A stretch of DNA of 64,000 bases from assembly GCA_032718475.1 (NCBI GenBank), contig JAUCBJ010000147.1, positions 3,178 to 67,177 of the forward strand, given 5' to 3'. This DNA is from Nemertoderma westbladi. Taxonomy: Eukaryota; Animalia; Xenacoelomorpha. The position numbers and the translations under genes were made by a program. Positions within the stretch are counted from its first letter, which is position 1. Each line of letters starts with the position of its first letter. Below, one piece after another: positions 21,810 to 35,553 of the stretch. The notes under the pieces are model-generated. The model worked only from the letters and a program-made list of their open reading frames with translations, was not told the origin of the DNA and searched no databases.

Positions 21810-24772
21810 GTCTCATGACTAATCTGATATTCTTGAATACAAATGATGTCGATGTAATATTCCATTGCCAGAGCTGCAATAATGTTTGCTAAGCAGTTTT
21901 AGAGTGCGTGCGTTCATTGTAGCAATATTTAGTGTCTTTCTAAGTTTCAACAGGTTGGTTCTCATTCTGCTCGACCTTCTTTCATTCACTGGGGTCGATA
22001 AAATGAGTACCTGTTGAATTACTGGGAACAAACCTTGGGATACGAGTAGCACCAGTCATACCTTCAGGTAGCAGCTACTGAAGAGGGAGACAGAAGCATA
22101 TTCCAGTGGCACGTTATTCTAACCAAAATGATAAACGAAAGTCAACAGAACAGGTTACAGTTTTATTTTTGGGAGTAACCAGCTGTTATTTGCGTCGATT
22201 TTTCCCTGGAGAGGGATGAATTTAGATTGCGACTAAAGGCCCTCCCTATCTTTGAGGAGATGCCTTCTTTTTTTACTATTGTATGTATAATGCAGATATT
22301 GATATATTATTCGAATTCCTAGAACTTTTAATTCCTGTAAAGCTAACCTAGCATTGCTAATTATCTTGCACAAAATATAATGAAAGTATTATTTATTTCA
22401 GATGTAAAATTTAGAATTAAAGGAAACTGCAGCAGTCAAGAAGAATATAAGAAGAGCGGGCTCGCAAGTATTATTCTGGAGAGCGGCTGTAGATAATATG
22501 CAGCCGGCAGCCGCCACTATAGCCTACAAACTTTGGTTGGATGTGGCAGCAATTTGTAAATTGGGCTTTCAATTTTTATTGCAAGTGTGCGAACAAGGAC
22601 TGTGATAACGTGTTGTTATTAAATATATTATCAAACATTCAACTAAAAGTAATTACTGCAAATGCAGAAGTTGTTTCATCGACATTCTTTCACCTTTCAT
22701 TTCACAGTCCACTGGTAATACCGGACATCACCTTACAGAAAGAACATCTCAGTTTGGGTAACCACTGCTACAGTACTTCGAAAAGGATAAACCTGCGCCA
22801 TTCTGTCCATAAATGCGTCGGCCACAAAGTCCACATTCAAATTAACATATTTCCAACATATTTTCCACCAGTTCTTGAGGATACATGTCTAGCGAGAGTT
22901 AGGGTGCTGACAGCATATTATATTCCTGACAGACAGGTATGTCGGTGCATTACTTGGCCACAGTGATGAGCTCCAAATTGCACACCGAGCCTTGTATGTA
23001 TTACAACTTCACCACCAGTAACAGTGTTTGCCATAACACTGCAATGTTACAAAATTTGTAACTCATAACTGCAAACATAATCCTTATTCCTTACATTTTT
23101 ATTTTCTCAAGCTTGGTTTCTCCTTATTTATGATTGATCAGTGTCTAAATAGATAAATATACCCCTGTGTGTTAATTCATTATTGTTGCTATGTAAAACA
23201 TCTGTCGTTAAGATAAATAGTGTTCTAGAAAAAATTGCTCAATGCGGACTATGTGAAATATAACATAATTTCAAATGGTTTATACAAGTTAACACTTTCA
23301 GCAAAAAAAACTGCAGTCATACCCAATTTGAACGGTGGTCGGTACTGTCTACTTGACTAAAAGCTATACTAGTACCCACAAGATAGCATGTAAAAAGCTA
23401 TAAGTCATTTTTTCTAACCAAAATAATAAACGAACACTTTTTAACAATTGAGGGAAAGGAGCTGGTTACATTAGCGCCAGGATTTTCTAAACAAAACAAT
23501 ATTGCTAGAGTAGGCCTTTGCAGGCTGTAGGCATGGTATAATACAGTATATATCACAATATAGTCGTGGTAAATTACAACAGAAATCGAGACAGCCGGAA
23601 GTACTTAATGCTGCGCAGTACCGAAACTATACTCTTTGCTCTGGTTCCGCGTCATTACCTAAGACTCAGCATCAGCACCACATAACCAAAGTCCGCAAGG
23701 GGTGTAAACGCAACGCCGACAACCGACTACCGACAACCAACGCCGACAACCATTAAAGCTAATTAATGTTATTTATTAATTGAGGGAAAGGAACAGGTTA
23801 CAGTGGAAGGTTATTCTAACCAAAACAATAAACGAGAGTCACGAACTCAGGTTCGTGATATTTTCATATTTACTGTTGTCGGCAGTGGTTGTCGGCGTAG
23901 CGTTTACACCCGTCCGCACGCCTATAATGACGCGTTACCTATACATACTATACTGTAATACCGATAACGGTACTACTAAAAACAGGACAACAGTAGTAGG
24001 AACTGGTATCGGGACATAATGAGTAAAAAAGCAAAAAAAGGTGTTACTGTATAATGAGTAAAAAAAAAGGGGTCATAAAAAAATATTTTTATAATTTATT
24101 AAACAATAATTGTACAGACGGTAGGTACTTTGCCCAATGTTTCGTTTTTCATTCCTAAACTAACTGCCTTGGATAGGCGTGTGATTTATTACAGCACATT
24201 GATAGCAATAATGGATCCGTCCATTGCAAACTTGGGGCAAACTTGTAACTTTTATTTGTATCCTAGCTATTGTATATTTACTGTTTCGAGTTTTAATTTC
24301 CATGGACATCCGACCCGACACCCCGTCGCCGCCGCCAGCTGCTCGTGCTCGACAAGTTCTAACGAATTCTGAAAGTATTTAAAGCAGTCGAATAGGGTTG
24401 GCAGGTTGGTGCGCGAAAAAATTGTTAGGCTAGAAACAATTGGCACAGAAATTTTGTTGAGAACTAACCCTATTCGCAATTCTTTCCATTGCTAAAAGTA
24501 TCATCAATATTTACATAACAACCTGGTTTATTGGATAATGTAAACTTTTATTCGGCCCAGATGGTCAGGAATTACGCTTTAAGTTTGACGAATTATTTCC
24601 TGTGCGTTTTCTCTTCCAGAGCCAGAACTACAGTACTCAAGCCCAAGGCAATGTATTAAACCACAACACCATCATTAATAGAAACGCAAATAGTACAGTA
24701 TAATAAACACCCCATAAACAAGCGTAGAGTGATTATTGTTATTATTGTTATATTGTTATTATAAAACTTTTA

Positions 24773-25106
24773 TTAGCAAGTCGTAGGACTTGATTACTGT
24801 AAGAATTGTTGGCTGATTGACTGGCTGGCTGGCTGGCTGACTGGCTGGCTGGCTGGCTGGCTGATCTACAGCCAAAACTACTCTAACGATTTTGATGAAA
24901 TTTTCACAGCGGCTAGATACCGCGATTCTAAGGTCCCTGGTATGTTCCGCTATTTCGTCCATGAGCCGTGGGCTCGAAAAATAGACATAAACGAAAAAAC
25001 GCCATAGGCGCAATGGTAAAATAACACCAATGACAGCTTGTTGATGGAATTTACATTTGATTGATGACTTCCGACTTGCTTAACGGCGTCTTGACGCCGT
25101 CTCTAG
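24773..25106 (+). mobile_element. Non-autonomous Helentron/Helitron-type element (HINE / DINE-1-like), 334 bp
   Basis: Absent from copy 1 (empty site TTTTA|TAATTT at 10320/10321), no TSD. It has subterminal IRs AGCAAGTCG / CGACTTGCT, a 5' hairpin CAAGTC-gtag-GACTTG, an internal (GGCT)n microsatellite, a 3' stem-loop ACGGCGTC-tt-GACGCCGT and a CTAG end. Confidence 0.9.
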
Positions 25107-25894
25107 TAATTTATTGTATTGTTCAGGATGTGGACATAAATGGGCATAATATTTCCCATTCTGTATGCCTAACTGTGCTTCTTTGCAGATTATCGTGCGT
25201 GTGTGCTGTGCAGTTTTACTGCCCCACAATGCCTAATCTAAAATCACATACCGGTACGGCAGTACGGCGGTACCCAGGTACCGCGGTGCCATGCTGCCAT
25301 GCATACGGCTGTATGGATAATTCTCCATACCATAGGCTGATAGGAGTCTATTTATTACTGTATTACAGTATTAGGCCTACTGTATTAGCTGATTCTGTGA
25401 TTAGGGCAACATACTGCAGTACTGACATACGCAAATCCGCTCTATAGCAGATTTTGACCCCTTCATCTGTATACAGTAATAATAAACAAAAGTCATTAGG
25501 CCTAGAACTGCCATACAGGTTAGGCCTACAGTTTTATTTTAGAAAGTAATCATCTGTTATACAGTTATATGTTATAGGCTGATAGGCCTACTATAATTAG
25601 GCAGTTAGGTACCGGTAGATTTTCCTCTAGACTTCTAGTGGCTAGAGAGGGATGCATTGTTTGATTGTGTCAAAAATCCGGAATAATAATTAAAAATAGG
25701 CCTCTATCATGGAATAGGCCTACTCCATGCCTCTATACAATAATAATGTATTCCGGAATTATTACCAACAATAGTTTCTAGGCCTACTCCATGTCAGCCT
25801 GTACTCTACATTCTGACAATACATACCGGTAGCAGCATCTGAGCGTAGAGTTAAAGATTTATAGCCCCTTTATAAGCATATTTATAATCGGATA

Positions 25895-28800
25895 ATGGCG
25901 CCAGAATATCCGTTTAAAGCGGAATACGCTAAAAGCGGTAGAGCTTCTTGCAAAGGGTGCAAGGAAGGAATCGGTCAAGGAGTCCTGAGGTTGGCTATCA
26001 TGGTCCAGTCGCCATTCTTCGACGGCCGCCAGGCGAACTGGTACCATCAAAAGTGCTTCTTTAAGAAGCAGAAGCCCAAACACCACACCGTAATCGAGGG
26101 GTTTGCAAATCTCCGCTGGGATGACCAAGAAAAAATAAAAGAGAGCATAGGAGATACGGGCGTTCCAGAACCTCAAGCGTCCACAATTAAGAAAGGCAAA
26201 GCGAAAAGTAAAACAAAGGAGGTTAAAACTGATTCCAACGGGATGGTAGTTGCGTTTCTAACAGAGTTTCATGTGGAATATTCAAAGTCAAGTCGGGCTT
26301 TATGTCGGGTGTGTGACAACCCCATCATAAAGAAGGAGGTTAGAATGTCCAAGAAGGAAGCGGATGCGCGTTATGGGATGCTCGATGCTTGGCATCATGT
26401 CGAGTGTTTCGCGGAGAATTTAGACGAACTCGGATTCACCTACAATATAGCGGATGTGGATGGTTTCACGGCTTTAACAGAAGACGATCGTAATAAATTG
26501 CTTTCTGTTCTGCCGTCTACAAATAAAGTCGTAGTTGGGTCTAAACGAAAGCCAACTGTGGAAAAGGATATACCGATAGTGAAAAAACCAAAACCAGCAC
26601 TTTCTGCAATGGATAAAAAGTTAAAAGAACAGAGCAGTTTATTGTGGGGTATCAAAGATGCCTTACAAGCCGCCCTTTCTGGCCCTCAGATGAAGAGTTT
26701 ACTGGCCCATAATAGTCAGTATGTGCCTGTGACTGGACAGGCGGCTGACGCCTGTGTCGATATGCTCGCATTCGGACCTCTGGAGCCTTGTGGTCAGTGC
26801 ACCACAGACGGTCTGGTCAGTCTGCTAGATGGGGCGGATGGGTATAAATGTCATGGGCAAATCTCAGAATGGACCAAATGTTTCTACAGGACGCAGAGTC
26901 CTGCAAGAAGATCCAACTTCTCTATCCCCAAGGGTCTGCGTTTCTGCGAATATTTGAAGGACTTTAAGTTTAAGAAGAGAGAGCGGTTGTTCCCTGTGGG
27001 GGTTGGATTGACGACTAACGAAGCACCGGTGCGATCCTCTTCAAGCGTTCCCGCTCCCGAGACCGGGAAACCGCTACGTGGCTGCGCAATATCTATCCTG
27101 GGGAAACTCACAAAAACCAAAGCCACTGTGAAACAGTCCGTGGAGAATCTTGGAGGGCGACTTCAGGATAAAATAGACGGAAGTCTCGTGGGAATACTCT
27201 CTAGCGAAGCCGAGTTGGAGAAAATGTCCCGCAAGATGAAAGCCGCCAAAGAGTTCGAAGTTAATATCATTTCTATCGACTTTCTGGAAGCTGTGGAAAA
27301 GAAGGAAGATGCCGAAACTGTAGCTAACCTGGTAGAGAAGCACACGATTAGCGAATGGAAGTCAGACCCCACGTCGAAAATAAAGAAGGTTGAAGTTAAG
27401 AGCTTATTAAAAAAGCAGAAGAGTAGAGAAGAGAAGATGTTTAAGAGTTCAGTGAAGTCGTTGAAGGTAACGGTGAAGGGTGGGGCTGCGGTGGACCCTG
27501 AGTCGGGACTGGAAGACAATGGACAGGTACTGAAGGACATGAACGGGCTACACACCGCCGTGCTGGGGAAGGTAGACTTAGTACAGGGTCAAAACAGTTA
27601 CTACAAACTTCAGGTGATAGAGAAGGAACGGGGAGGACCCAAGTGGAATGTGTTCCGTTCCTGGGGACGGGTTGGAACTACGATAGGCGGCTCGAGGGTC
27701 GACACTTTTGGCTCGAAACTCGAGGCCAAACAGTTCTTCCAGGAGCATTACTTAGAGAAGTCGGGTAATAATTGGGCGGATCGGGATAATTTCGTGAAGA
27801 AACCGCGGTGTTTCTTCCCGTTGGACATCGATTACTCCACGCAAGAGGATGACAACGAGTCATCTGCGCGACTACGGGACTCTGGGAGCGAGTCCAAGCT
27901 GGCAAAACCCATCCAGGACATCGTGAAAATGATATTCGATATCGAGACAATGAAGAAAACCTTGGTTGAGTTTGAGATAGACCTTGAAAAAATGCCACTG
28001 GGTAAATTGTCCAAAAAGCATATTGAGGGCGCTTACGTTGTGCTGACGGAGTTGCAAGGGATACTCACTGACGATAACCCGGGAGGAAGACAAGTGAAAC
28101 TCATCGACGCTTCCAATCGCTTCTACACGCTGATTCCGCACTCATTCGGCCTCGAGCAAATCCCCTTGTTGGACACAGAGGAATCGATAAAAGAGAAAAC
28201 TGCAATGCTGGATAACCTCCTGGAGATGGAGGTCGCTTATAGTCTACTGAAAGGTACTAAGGTGGAGGCCGGCACTGACCCAATGGATGCTCATTATAAT
28301 AAGTTGAAGTGCGAGATGGGAGTTGTAGATAAAGAGAGTGAAACTTTCAGTATGATCAAGGAATTCATCACCAACACTCATGCCAAGACACACTCCGGAT
28401 ACACGTTGGAGTTATTAGACGCTTTTGAGATTCAGCGCCAAGGCGAGGCACAGCGTTTCAAGCCGTTTAAGGACCTCCCTAATCGCAAGCTGTTGTGGCA
28501 CGGCTCTCGCGTTACCAATTACGCCGGTATCCTATCGCAAGGCCTCCGTATCGCTCCTCCCGAGGCTCCATCCACCGGATACATGTTCGGTAAGGGGATC
28601 TACTTCGCCGATATGGTGTCCAAATCGGCCAACTACTGCTCCACTTCCCCTTCCGCTAACACCGCTCTCATGTTGTTATGCGATGTAGCGCTCGGTAATA
28701 TGATGGAGAAGACGCAGGCCCATTACGTCGACAAGCTGCCCAAAGGGAAACACTCGATGAAGGGTTGTGGGAGAACCTGCCCCGATCCCAAACAGGATAG

Positions 28801-28966
28801 GGTCATAGACGGAGGTGTAGTCGTCCCCATGGGAACGTCTTTCAATACAGGTACCACGAACTCTAGTCTACTGTACAACGAGTATATTGTCTACGATGTC
28901 GGCCAAGTGTCCATGAAGTACCTCCTGAAACTAAAGTTCAACTATAAAAATTTGTACGGATTTTAA
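25895..28966 (+). CDS. PARP1: Poly(ADP-ribose) polymerase 1, full length, single coding exon (copy 2)
   Basis: Translation identical to 11109..14180. Confidence 0.99.
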   Translation: MAPEYPFKAEYAKSGRASCKGCKEGIGQGVLRLAIMVQSPFFDGRQANWYHQKCFFKKQKPKHHTVIEGFANLRWDDQEKIKESIGDTGVPEPQASTIKKGKAKSKTKEVKTDSNGMVVAFLTEFHVEYSKSSRALCRVCDNPIIKKEVRMSKKEADARYGMLDAWHHVECFAENLDELGFTYNIADVDGFTALTEDDRNKLLSVLPSTNKVVVGSKRKPTVEKDIPIVKKPKPALSAMDKKLKEQSSLLWGIKDALQAALSGPQMKSLLAHNSQYVPVTGQAADACVDMLAFGPLEPCGQCTTDGLVSLLDGADGYKCHGQISEWTKCFYRTQSPARRSNFSIPKGLRFCEYLKDFKFKKRERLFPVGVGLTTNEAPVRSSSSVPAPETGKPLRGCAISILGKLTKTKATVKQSVENLGGRLQDKIDGSLVGILSSEAELEKMSRKMKAAKEFEVNIISIDFLEAVEKKEDAETVANLVEKHTISEWKSDPTSKIKKVEVKSLLKKQKSREEKMFKSSVKSLKVTVKGGAAVDPESGLEDNGQVLKDMNGLHTAVLGKVDLVQGQNSYYKLQVIEKERGGPKWNVFRSWGRVGTTIGGSRVDTFGSKLEAKQFFQEHYLEKSGNNWADRDNFVKKPRCFFPLDIDYSTQEDDNESSARLRDSGSESKLAKPIQDIVKMIFDIETMKKTLVEFEIDLEKMPLGKLSKKHIEGAYVVLTELQGILTDDNPGGRQVKLIDASNRFYTLIPHSFGLEQIPLLDTEESIKEKTAMLDNLLEMEVAYSLLKGTKVEAGTDPMDAHYNKLKCEMGVVDKESETFSMIKEFITNTHAKTHSGYTLELLDAFEIQRQGEAQRFKPFKDLPNRKLLWHGSRVTNYAGILSQGLRIAPPEAPSTGYMFGKGIYFADMVSKSANYCSTSPSANTALMLLCDVALGNMMEKTQAHYVDKLPKGKHSMKGCGRTCPDPKQDRVIDGGVVVPMGTSFNTGTTNSSLLYNEYIVYDVGQVSMKYLLKLKFNYKNLYGF

Positions 28967-31430
28967 TTCTCTGGAAATATAGTTTCTTGAAGGGCGTCGA
29001 AACTCATATAACCTACGACCACACACTTACTCCCCGACTGTCTCCATTAACCGGGAGGTTAAATACAGGTTTAGCAGTTTTAAACTTACTTGTCCGGGAA
29101 TCGTGCTTCCTTTACTTTAATCCTGTGGTCAATCAGTCGAACTTTGTATAGTAAATATGAACTTGTAACGATTTGCCTCGGTATTTTAATACCCCGGTAA
29201 TACAAAGATTCTACGAATTAATCATAATGAAACTGTGATTGACCGATTGTTTGAAATCGGCAGAACTCCTTAAAAACTAAATAGTACCGGTACATTATTT
29301 TAAATAAGATATTATTATACCTATCTCTATAATCTATACAGCCTATATATCTCGTACATTATACCTATATTATCGATCATAATATGATTTACTAACTTTA
29401 AAAATATATTTAAATGTTTCAATAATTAGTGCGGGTGGGGGGGGGGGGGTGGTCATTGCTCGCTATGGATATAACCTACGTAAAATAGACTGAGAAGACC
29501 TGTGTAATATTGTTTCTAATCTATATGCATTGTATTAAGGTTTTAATTACGAATTCAGTTTTTCATCAGCAATCGTTTCCAAATGTTACAATTTATGATT
29601 AAATCTTAACTTTACTTTTGCAATGTGAAGAAAATTGGCCTAATTAGAGACGATATTTTTTTGGAAAAAAAGTTTATCTAGAACAAAGTAAATATTATTC
29701 GGAAAGCTCAGAGTCTGCGGAATTCAATTTATAGTATCATCGGAGCTTAATAAAATGTTATTAAACACTGCCTAACTTTCTGTTAACAACTTCCTGTAAA
29801 TAAACAATAATTATTCCAACAGATTTTCTAATAATCGCATCGCGTGAGACATTTCCTTGCCTAATTTTTGTTGGGCACAGCTTTGCAAAGTCGGCAATGA
29901 TGTCCAAGTGGATCGAACTGGTGACCTCCGGGTTGGAAATCTGACGCAATAACCATTCAGCTAGCGGTTCAGGTAAAAGATAGACCTGGAAATACTACCT
30001 GATACCTTGTATGTCCGCGTTTTACCTCCTCATGGCCTTACACCTGTTTTTCCTTGCCTGTAGCTATAACGAGAATGCGGTTACAAATAGAGGCCATTTT
30101 TTGGTATTCATGATACTACCAATACCAAAACCACATTGCAATGGCGGCGCAGGAGCACTTAGTGAGAAGTGCGACCGAGTTATCATAAAAAAAAGAAGCA
30201 AAGACAATTTCGGAACTGTTAATCGTTAATCGGAGCAGTTTAGTACGGTACGGCTATTCCAGATTTATTAATGGTGATTGAATTGTTCGTTTTAATGTAG
30301 TGTTAATGTAATAGAACAATGAAAATCAGTATGTTATTGTTTGCCATATTTTTTGGTATTATTTTTATTAATGTAGGCCTATATACTCTTTCTTGTAATA
30401 ACTTTTCTCTGCTGACTACGCTAAATTTTAGTAAGGTTGTTCCTATAAGCTTTGTATTCCGATAGTTTTGGCGGCCGTTTGACTTTGCCATTAATATATA
30501 ATATTAGTATATTATAATATTAAAATATAATATTAATTTCTATAATAATTTATAATTAGTATAAAAGCCGTTAACATTCCAGGGTGTACTTTTATAGGTC
30601 CGCCATATGTTTCAAGTAGTCTGTATGATGTACTGTACTGTTGGTAACAGTCACATAAAAATCCAGGTTATATGGTTACGAGATCCCAGTTCCGGTTTAT
30701 AGTTAGTTTTTAATTACTTGTAGTCAGTATCAGCTAGTGTTACATAAGAGAGCAACTTAATGAATTATTCTAATTCCAGACTTAACAAGCACCAGATGCA
30801 ATACCTATCATAGTATTTAATGGACACTTTAGCAAACTACACAGTAAACAGTTTACATAACACAATACTTGCGCGATTGTTGCGCGAGTGTTATTGCCTC
30901 TTAAACTGCTGCAAGTGCCGTACAATCGATAATTCCTTTCTATCGTAGTGGCGTAAAACATAGCAGAACACAACTGTCTCTGACCAATATATTCACGAAA
31001 TCACTTAATAGATAGACTAGCATTTTGTTTTTATGACTACAACAGTGTATACATACAGTACTAATATATTAATTCGTAATTTTCTCTTCTTTTATTTTAA
31101 TTGTCGTAATTTTATTACTATCTTCTTTAAATTCGCTATTTTAACGGGCGACCATGTATGTTAATAAATTTCTTATTGTGTTCCATTCGATATTTTATCA
31201 TATACTTTGTTATCACATCGTACACAACACACAGCCCACCACGTAAAATTACTAATATTTATATTATGTGTATTTCAGGGTTATCATTCAGTACTGTATT
31301 TACATTGTTTGTGCTCGAGGGTATTTCTTTTATTATTTGTGTAACAACGGTGTACATGTATAATGTATAGCTCTGATGCATGTGTACTGTAAACTATATA
31401 CATTTGGTTAATACGCAGTAGATAAATGAG

Positions 31431-31509
31431 ATGGGAGACGAAAATTCGAAACCGATAATTAATGTGACTGTGGAATGTGAAGGAGAGAACACAGTTCTTT
31501 GTAAACCAG
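31431..31509 (+). CDS. Coding exon 1 of a 3-exon, ~325-aa divergent arrestin-domain-like gene
   Basis: ATG..MGDENSKPIINVTVECEGENTVLCKP-G|GTAGAG. This phase-1 donor matches the acceptor at 31939. Confidence 0.65.
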
Positions 31510-31938
31510 GTAGAGTGGTCAATTCTACAACAGTAGCAGTGGAATTATTAATCATAACACCTTGCATCATAATACTTTACAACACCTTGCATCTCCCGCT
31601 ACTAAATTTATATTCGGTTGTTTCAATAAATTTCAAAACACGGGAGTTGAACACCGCCTTGAATTGATTCCTAATGTAGGCCTAGGCCTATCATAATTTG
31701 AAAATGAATTATTAACGGTGCCGCGGAGAGGAAAAAATTCAACTTTAGAACTCAGCTATTCTTCGACAGTTTTCAGATATTGAGATTTTTCCACATTCTT
31801 TCTATAAAACATGCAGGAACCACATGAATGGTGCCTGAATCGTCCATCTGAACGAAACCCAATATAATGTAAAATAACCATCTGAGTATCAATAACACCA
31901 ACTAATAGCGTTGGCCTATATCGCTGTTTGTTTTACAG

Positions 31939-32221
31939 GTGGCCCCTTATCAATAAGGGGGGAGATAAAGGTATCCGGGAAGCAGTACCGTAGAACCGAC
32001 ATCAGTAAGCTAACAGTAACATTACACCAAATTACACGAATAACATTCACCGACCCTCCCAGCGGTGTCAAGTACGGGGCCAATGGATACCATATAACCA
32101 AGGGAATTCTCCAGTTAACAGAGGCGGGTAAATGGGACCCTCACAACACAACTATTGGCTACCTGGTTGTCTTGGAAAACGTTACAATGCCTAGTCACGA
32201 GGATTCTAATTCTAGAATTAG
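31939..32221 (+). CDS. Exon 2 of the arrestin-domain-like gene
   Basis: TTTTACAG| acceptor and AG|GTAAGT donor. Encodes GGPLSIRGEIKV..ISKLTVTL..MPSHEDSNSRI(R), resembling the arrestin-N pattern G..I.G.V.V / LPSSFEG..G.IRY. Confidence 0.72.
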
Positions 32222-32490
32222 GTAAGTATGACAATTAAATGACTTACTGAAGTTAATAGCCTACCATATTATATAAAGTTACGAACTGTTGTACATAACA
32301 ATGATTACCATAAGAAAATATTATAATTCAGTAAATTAGTGAAAAATAATACATATTTAGGGCCCTTGCCCTACAATACAATAAGTACTTCGGCCTAATT
32401 ATATTTGATTTAATGACAAGCTGCTAATATTAAAAAATCTTAACAAACTGTAGATGCAAGCGCAACAAATTATATCGGAATCTAATAGAC

Positions 32491-35400
32491 CAGTGTTCAG
32501 GTGCCATCTGTCAGCTGATCGGATCTGAATCTACTGGATCAGTGTTCAGGTGCCATCTGTCAGCTGATCGGATCTTAATCTACTGGATCAGTGTTCAGGT
32601 GCCATCTGTCAGCTGATCGGATCTGAATCTACTGGATCAGTGTTCAGGTGCCATCTGTCAGTTGATCGGATCGGAATCTACTGGATCAGTGTTCAGGTGC
32701 CATCTGTCAGCTGATCGGATCTGAATCTACTGGATCAGTGTTCAGGTGCCATCTGTCAGCTGATCGGATCTGAATCTACTGGATCAGTGTTCAGGTGCCA
32801 TCTGTCAGTTGATCGGATCGGAATCTACTGGATCAGTGTTCAGGTGCCACCTGTCAGCTGATCGGATCTGAATCTACTGGATCAGTGTTCAGGTGCCATC
32901 TGTCAGCTGATCGGATCTGAATATACTGGGTCAGTGTTCAGGTGCCATCTGTCAGCTGATATGATCTGAATCTACTGGATCAGTGTTCAGGTGCCATCTG
33001 TCAGCTGATCGGATCTGAATCTACTGGATCAGTGTTCAGGTGTCAGCTGATCGGATCGGAATCTACTGGATCAGTGTTCAGGTGCCATCTGTCAGCTGAT
33101 CGGTTCTGAAGCTATTGGATCAGTGTTTAGGTGCCATCTGTCAGATGATCGGATCTGAATCTACTGGATCAGTGTTCAGGTGCCACCTGTCAGCTGATCG
33201 GATCTGAATCTACTGGATCAGTGTTCAGGTGCCATCTGTCAGCTGATCGGATCTGAATCTACTGGATCAGTTTTCAGGTGCCATCTGTCAGCTGATCGGA
33301 TCTGAATCTACTGGATCAGAGTTCAGGTGTCATCTGTCAGCGGATCGGATCTGAATCTACTGGATCAGTGTTCAGGTGCCATCTGTCAGCTGATAGGATC
33401 TGAATCTACTGGATCAGTGTTCAGGTGCCATCTGTCAGCTGATAGGATCTGAATCTACTGGATCAGTGTTCAGGTGCCATCTGTCAGCTGATCGGATCTG
33501 AATCTACTGGATCAGTGTTCAGGTGCCATCTGTCAGCTGATCGGATCTGAATCTACTGGATCAGTGTTCAGGTGCCATCTGTCAGCTGATAGGATCTGAA
33601 TCTACATGATCAGTGTTCAGGTGCCATCTGTCAGCTGCTCGGATCTGAATCTACTGGATGAGTGTTCAGGTGTCAGCTGATCGGATCTGAATCTACTGGA
33701 TCAGTGTTAAGGTGTCTGCTGATCGGATCGGAATCCACTGGATCAATGTTCTGGTGCCATCTGTCAGCTGATCGGATCTGAATCTACTGGATCAGTGTTT
33801 AGGTGCCATCTGTCAGCTGATCGGATCTGAATCTACTGGATCAGTGTTCAGGTGCCATCTGTCAGCTGATCGGATCTGAATCTACTGGATCAGTGTTCAG
33901 GTGCCATCTGTCAGTTGATCGGATCGGAATCTACTGGATCAGTGTTCAGGTGCCATCTGTCAGTTGATCGGATCGGAATCTACTGGATCAGTGTTCAGGT
34001 GCCACCTGTCAGCTGATCGGATCTGAATCTACTGGATCAGTGTTCAGGTGCCACCTGTCAGCTGATCGGATCTGAATCTACTGGATCAGTGTTCAGGTGC
34101 CATCTGTCAGCTGATCGGATCTGAATCTACTGGATCAGTTTTCAGGTGCCATCTGTCAGCTGATCGGATCTGAATCTACTTGATCAGTGTTCAGGTGCCA
34201 TCTGTCAGCTGATCGGATCTGAATCTACTGGATCAGTGTTCAGGTGCCATCTGTCAGCTGATAGGATCTGAATCTACTGGATCAGTGTTCAGGTGCCATC
34301 TGTCAGCTGATAGGATCTGAATCTACTGGATCAGTGTTCAGGTGCCATCTGTCAGCTGATCGGATCTGAATCTACTGGATCAGTGTTCAGGTGCCATCTG
34401 TCAGCTGATCGGATCTGAATCTACTGGATCAGTGTTCAGGTGCCATCTGTCAGCTGATAGGATCTGAATCTACTGGATCAGTGTTCAGGTGCCATCTGTC
34501 AGCTGCTCGGATCTGAATCTACTGGATGAGTGTTCAGGTGTCAGCTGATCGGATCTGAATCTACTGGATCAGTGTTCAGGTGTCAGCTGATCGGATCGGA
34601 ATCCACTGGATCAATGTTCAGGTGCCATCTGTCAGCTGATCGGATCTGAATCTACTGGATCAGTGTTCAGGTGCCATCTGTCAGCTGATAGGATCTGAAT
34701 CTACTGGATCAGTGTTCAGGTGCCATCTGTCAGCTGATAGGATCTGAATCTACTGGATCAGTGTTCAGGTGCCATCTGTCAGCTGATCGGATCTGAATCT
34801 ACTGGATCAGTGTTCAGGTGCCATCTGTCAGCTGATCGGATCTGAATCTACTGGATCAGTGTTCAGGTGCCATCTGTCAGCTGATAGGATCTGAATCTAC
34901 TGGATCAGTGTTCAGGTGCCATCTGTCAGCTGCTCGGATCTGAATCTACTGGATGAGTGTTCAGGTGTCAGCTGATCGGATCTGAATCTACTGGATCAGT
35001 GTTCAGGTGTCAGCTGATCGGATCGGAATCCACTGGATCAATGTTCAGGTGCCATCTGTCAGCTGATCGGATCTGAATCTACTGGATCAGTGTTCAGGTG
35101 CCATCTGTCAGCTGATCGGATCTGAATCTACTGGATCAGTGTTCAGGTGCCATCTGTCAGCTGATCGGATCTGACTCTACTGGATCAGTGTTCAGGTGCC
35201 ATCTGTCAGCGGATAGGATCTGCATCTACTGGATCAGTGTTCAGGTGCCATCTGTCAGCTGATCGGATCTGAATCTACTGGATCAGCGTTCAGGTACCAT
35301 CTGTCAGCTGATCGGATCTGAATCTACTGGAGCAGTGTTCAGGTACCATCTGTCAGCTGATAGGATCTGAATCTACTGGATCAGTGTTCAGGTGTCAGCT

Positions 35401-35553
35401 GATCGGATCTGAATCTACTGTATCAGTGTTCAGGTACCATCTGTCAGCTGATCGGATCTGAATCTACTGGATCAGTGTTCAGGTGCCATTTGTCGGCTGA
35501 TCGGATCTGAATCTACTCGATCAGTGTTCAGGTGCCATCTGTCAGCTGATCGG
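32491..35553. repeat. 49-bp satellite array, copy 2 (intronic)
   Basis: Same monomer and variant order as 17706-20768. Confidence 0.97.

Noticed and set aside
17436-25895. In-frame arrestin-N::PARP1 fusion via splicing across the duplication junction
   Set aside because: Candidate acceptors 30 and 18 nt before the ATG are out of phase with the phase-2 donor, and the first meets a TAA.
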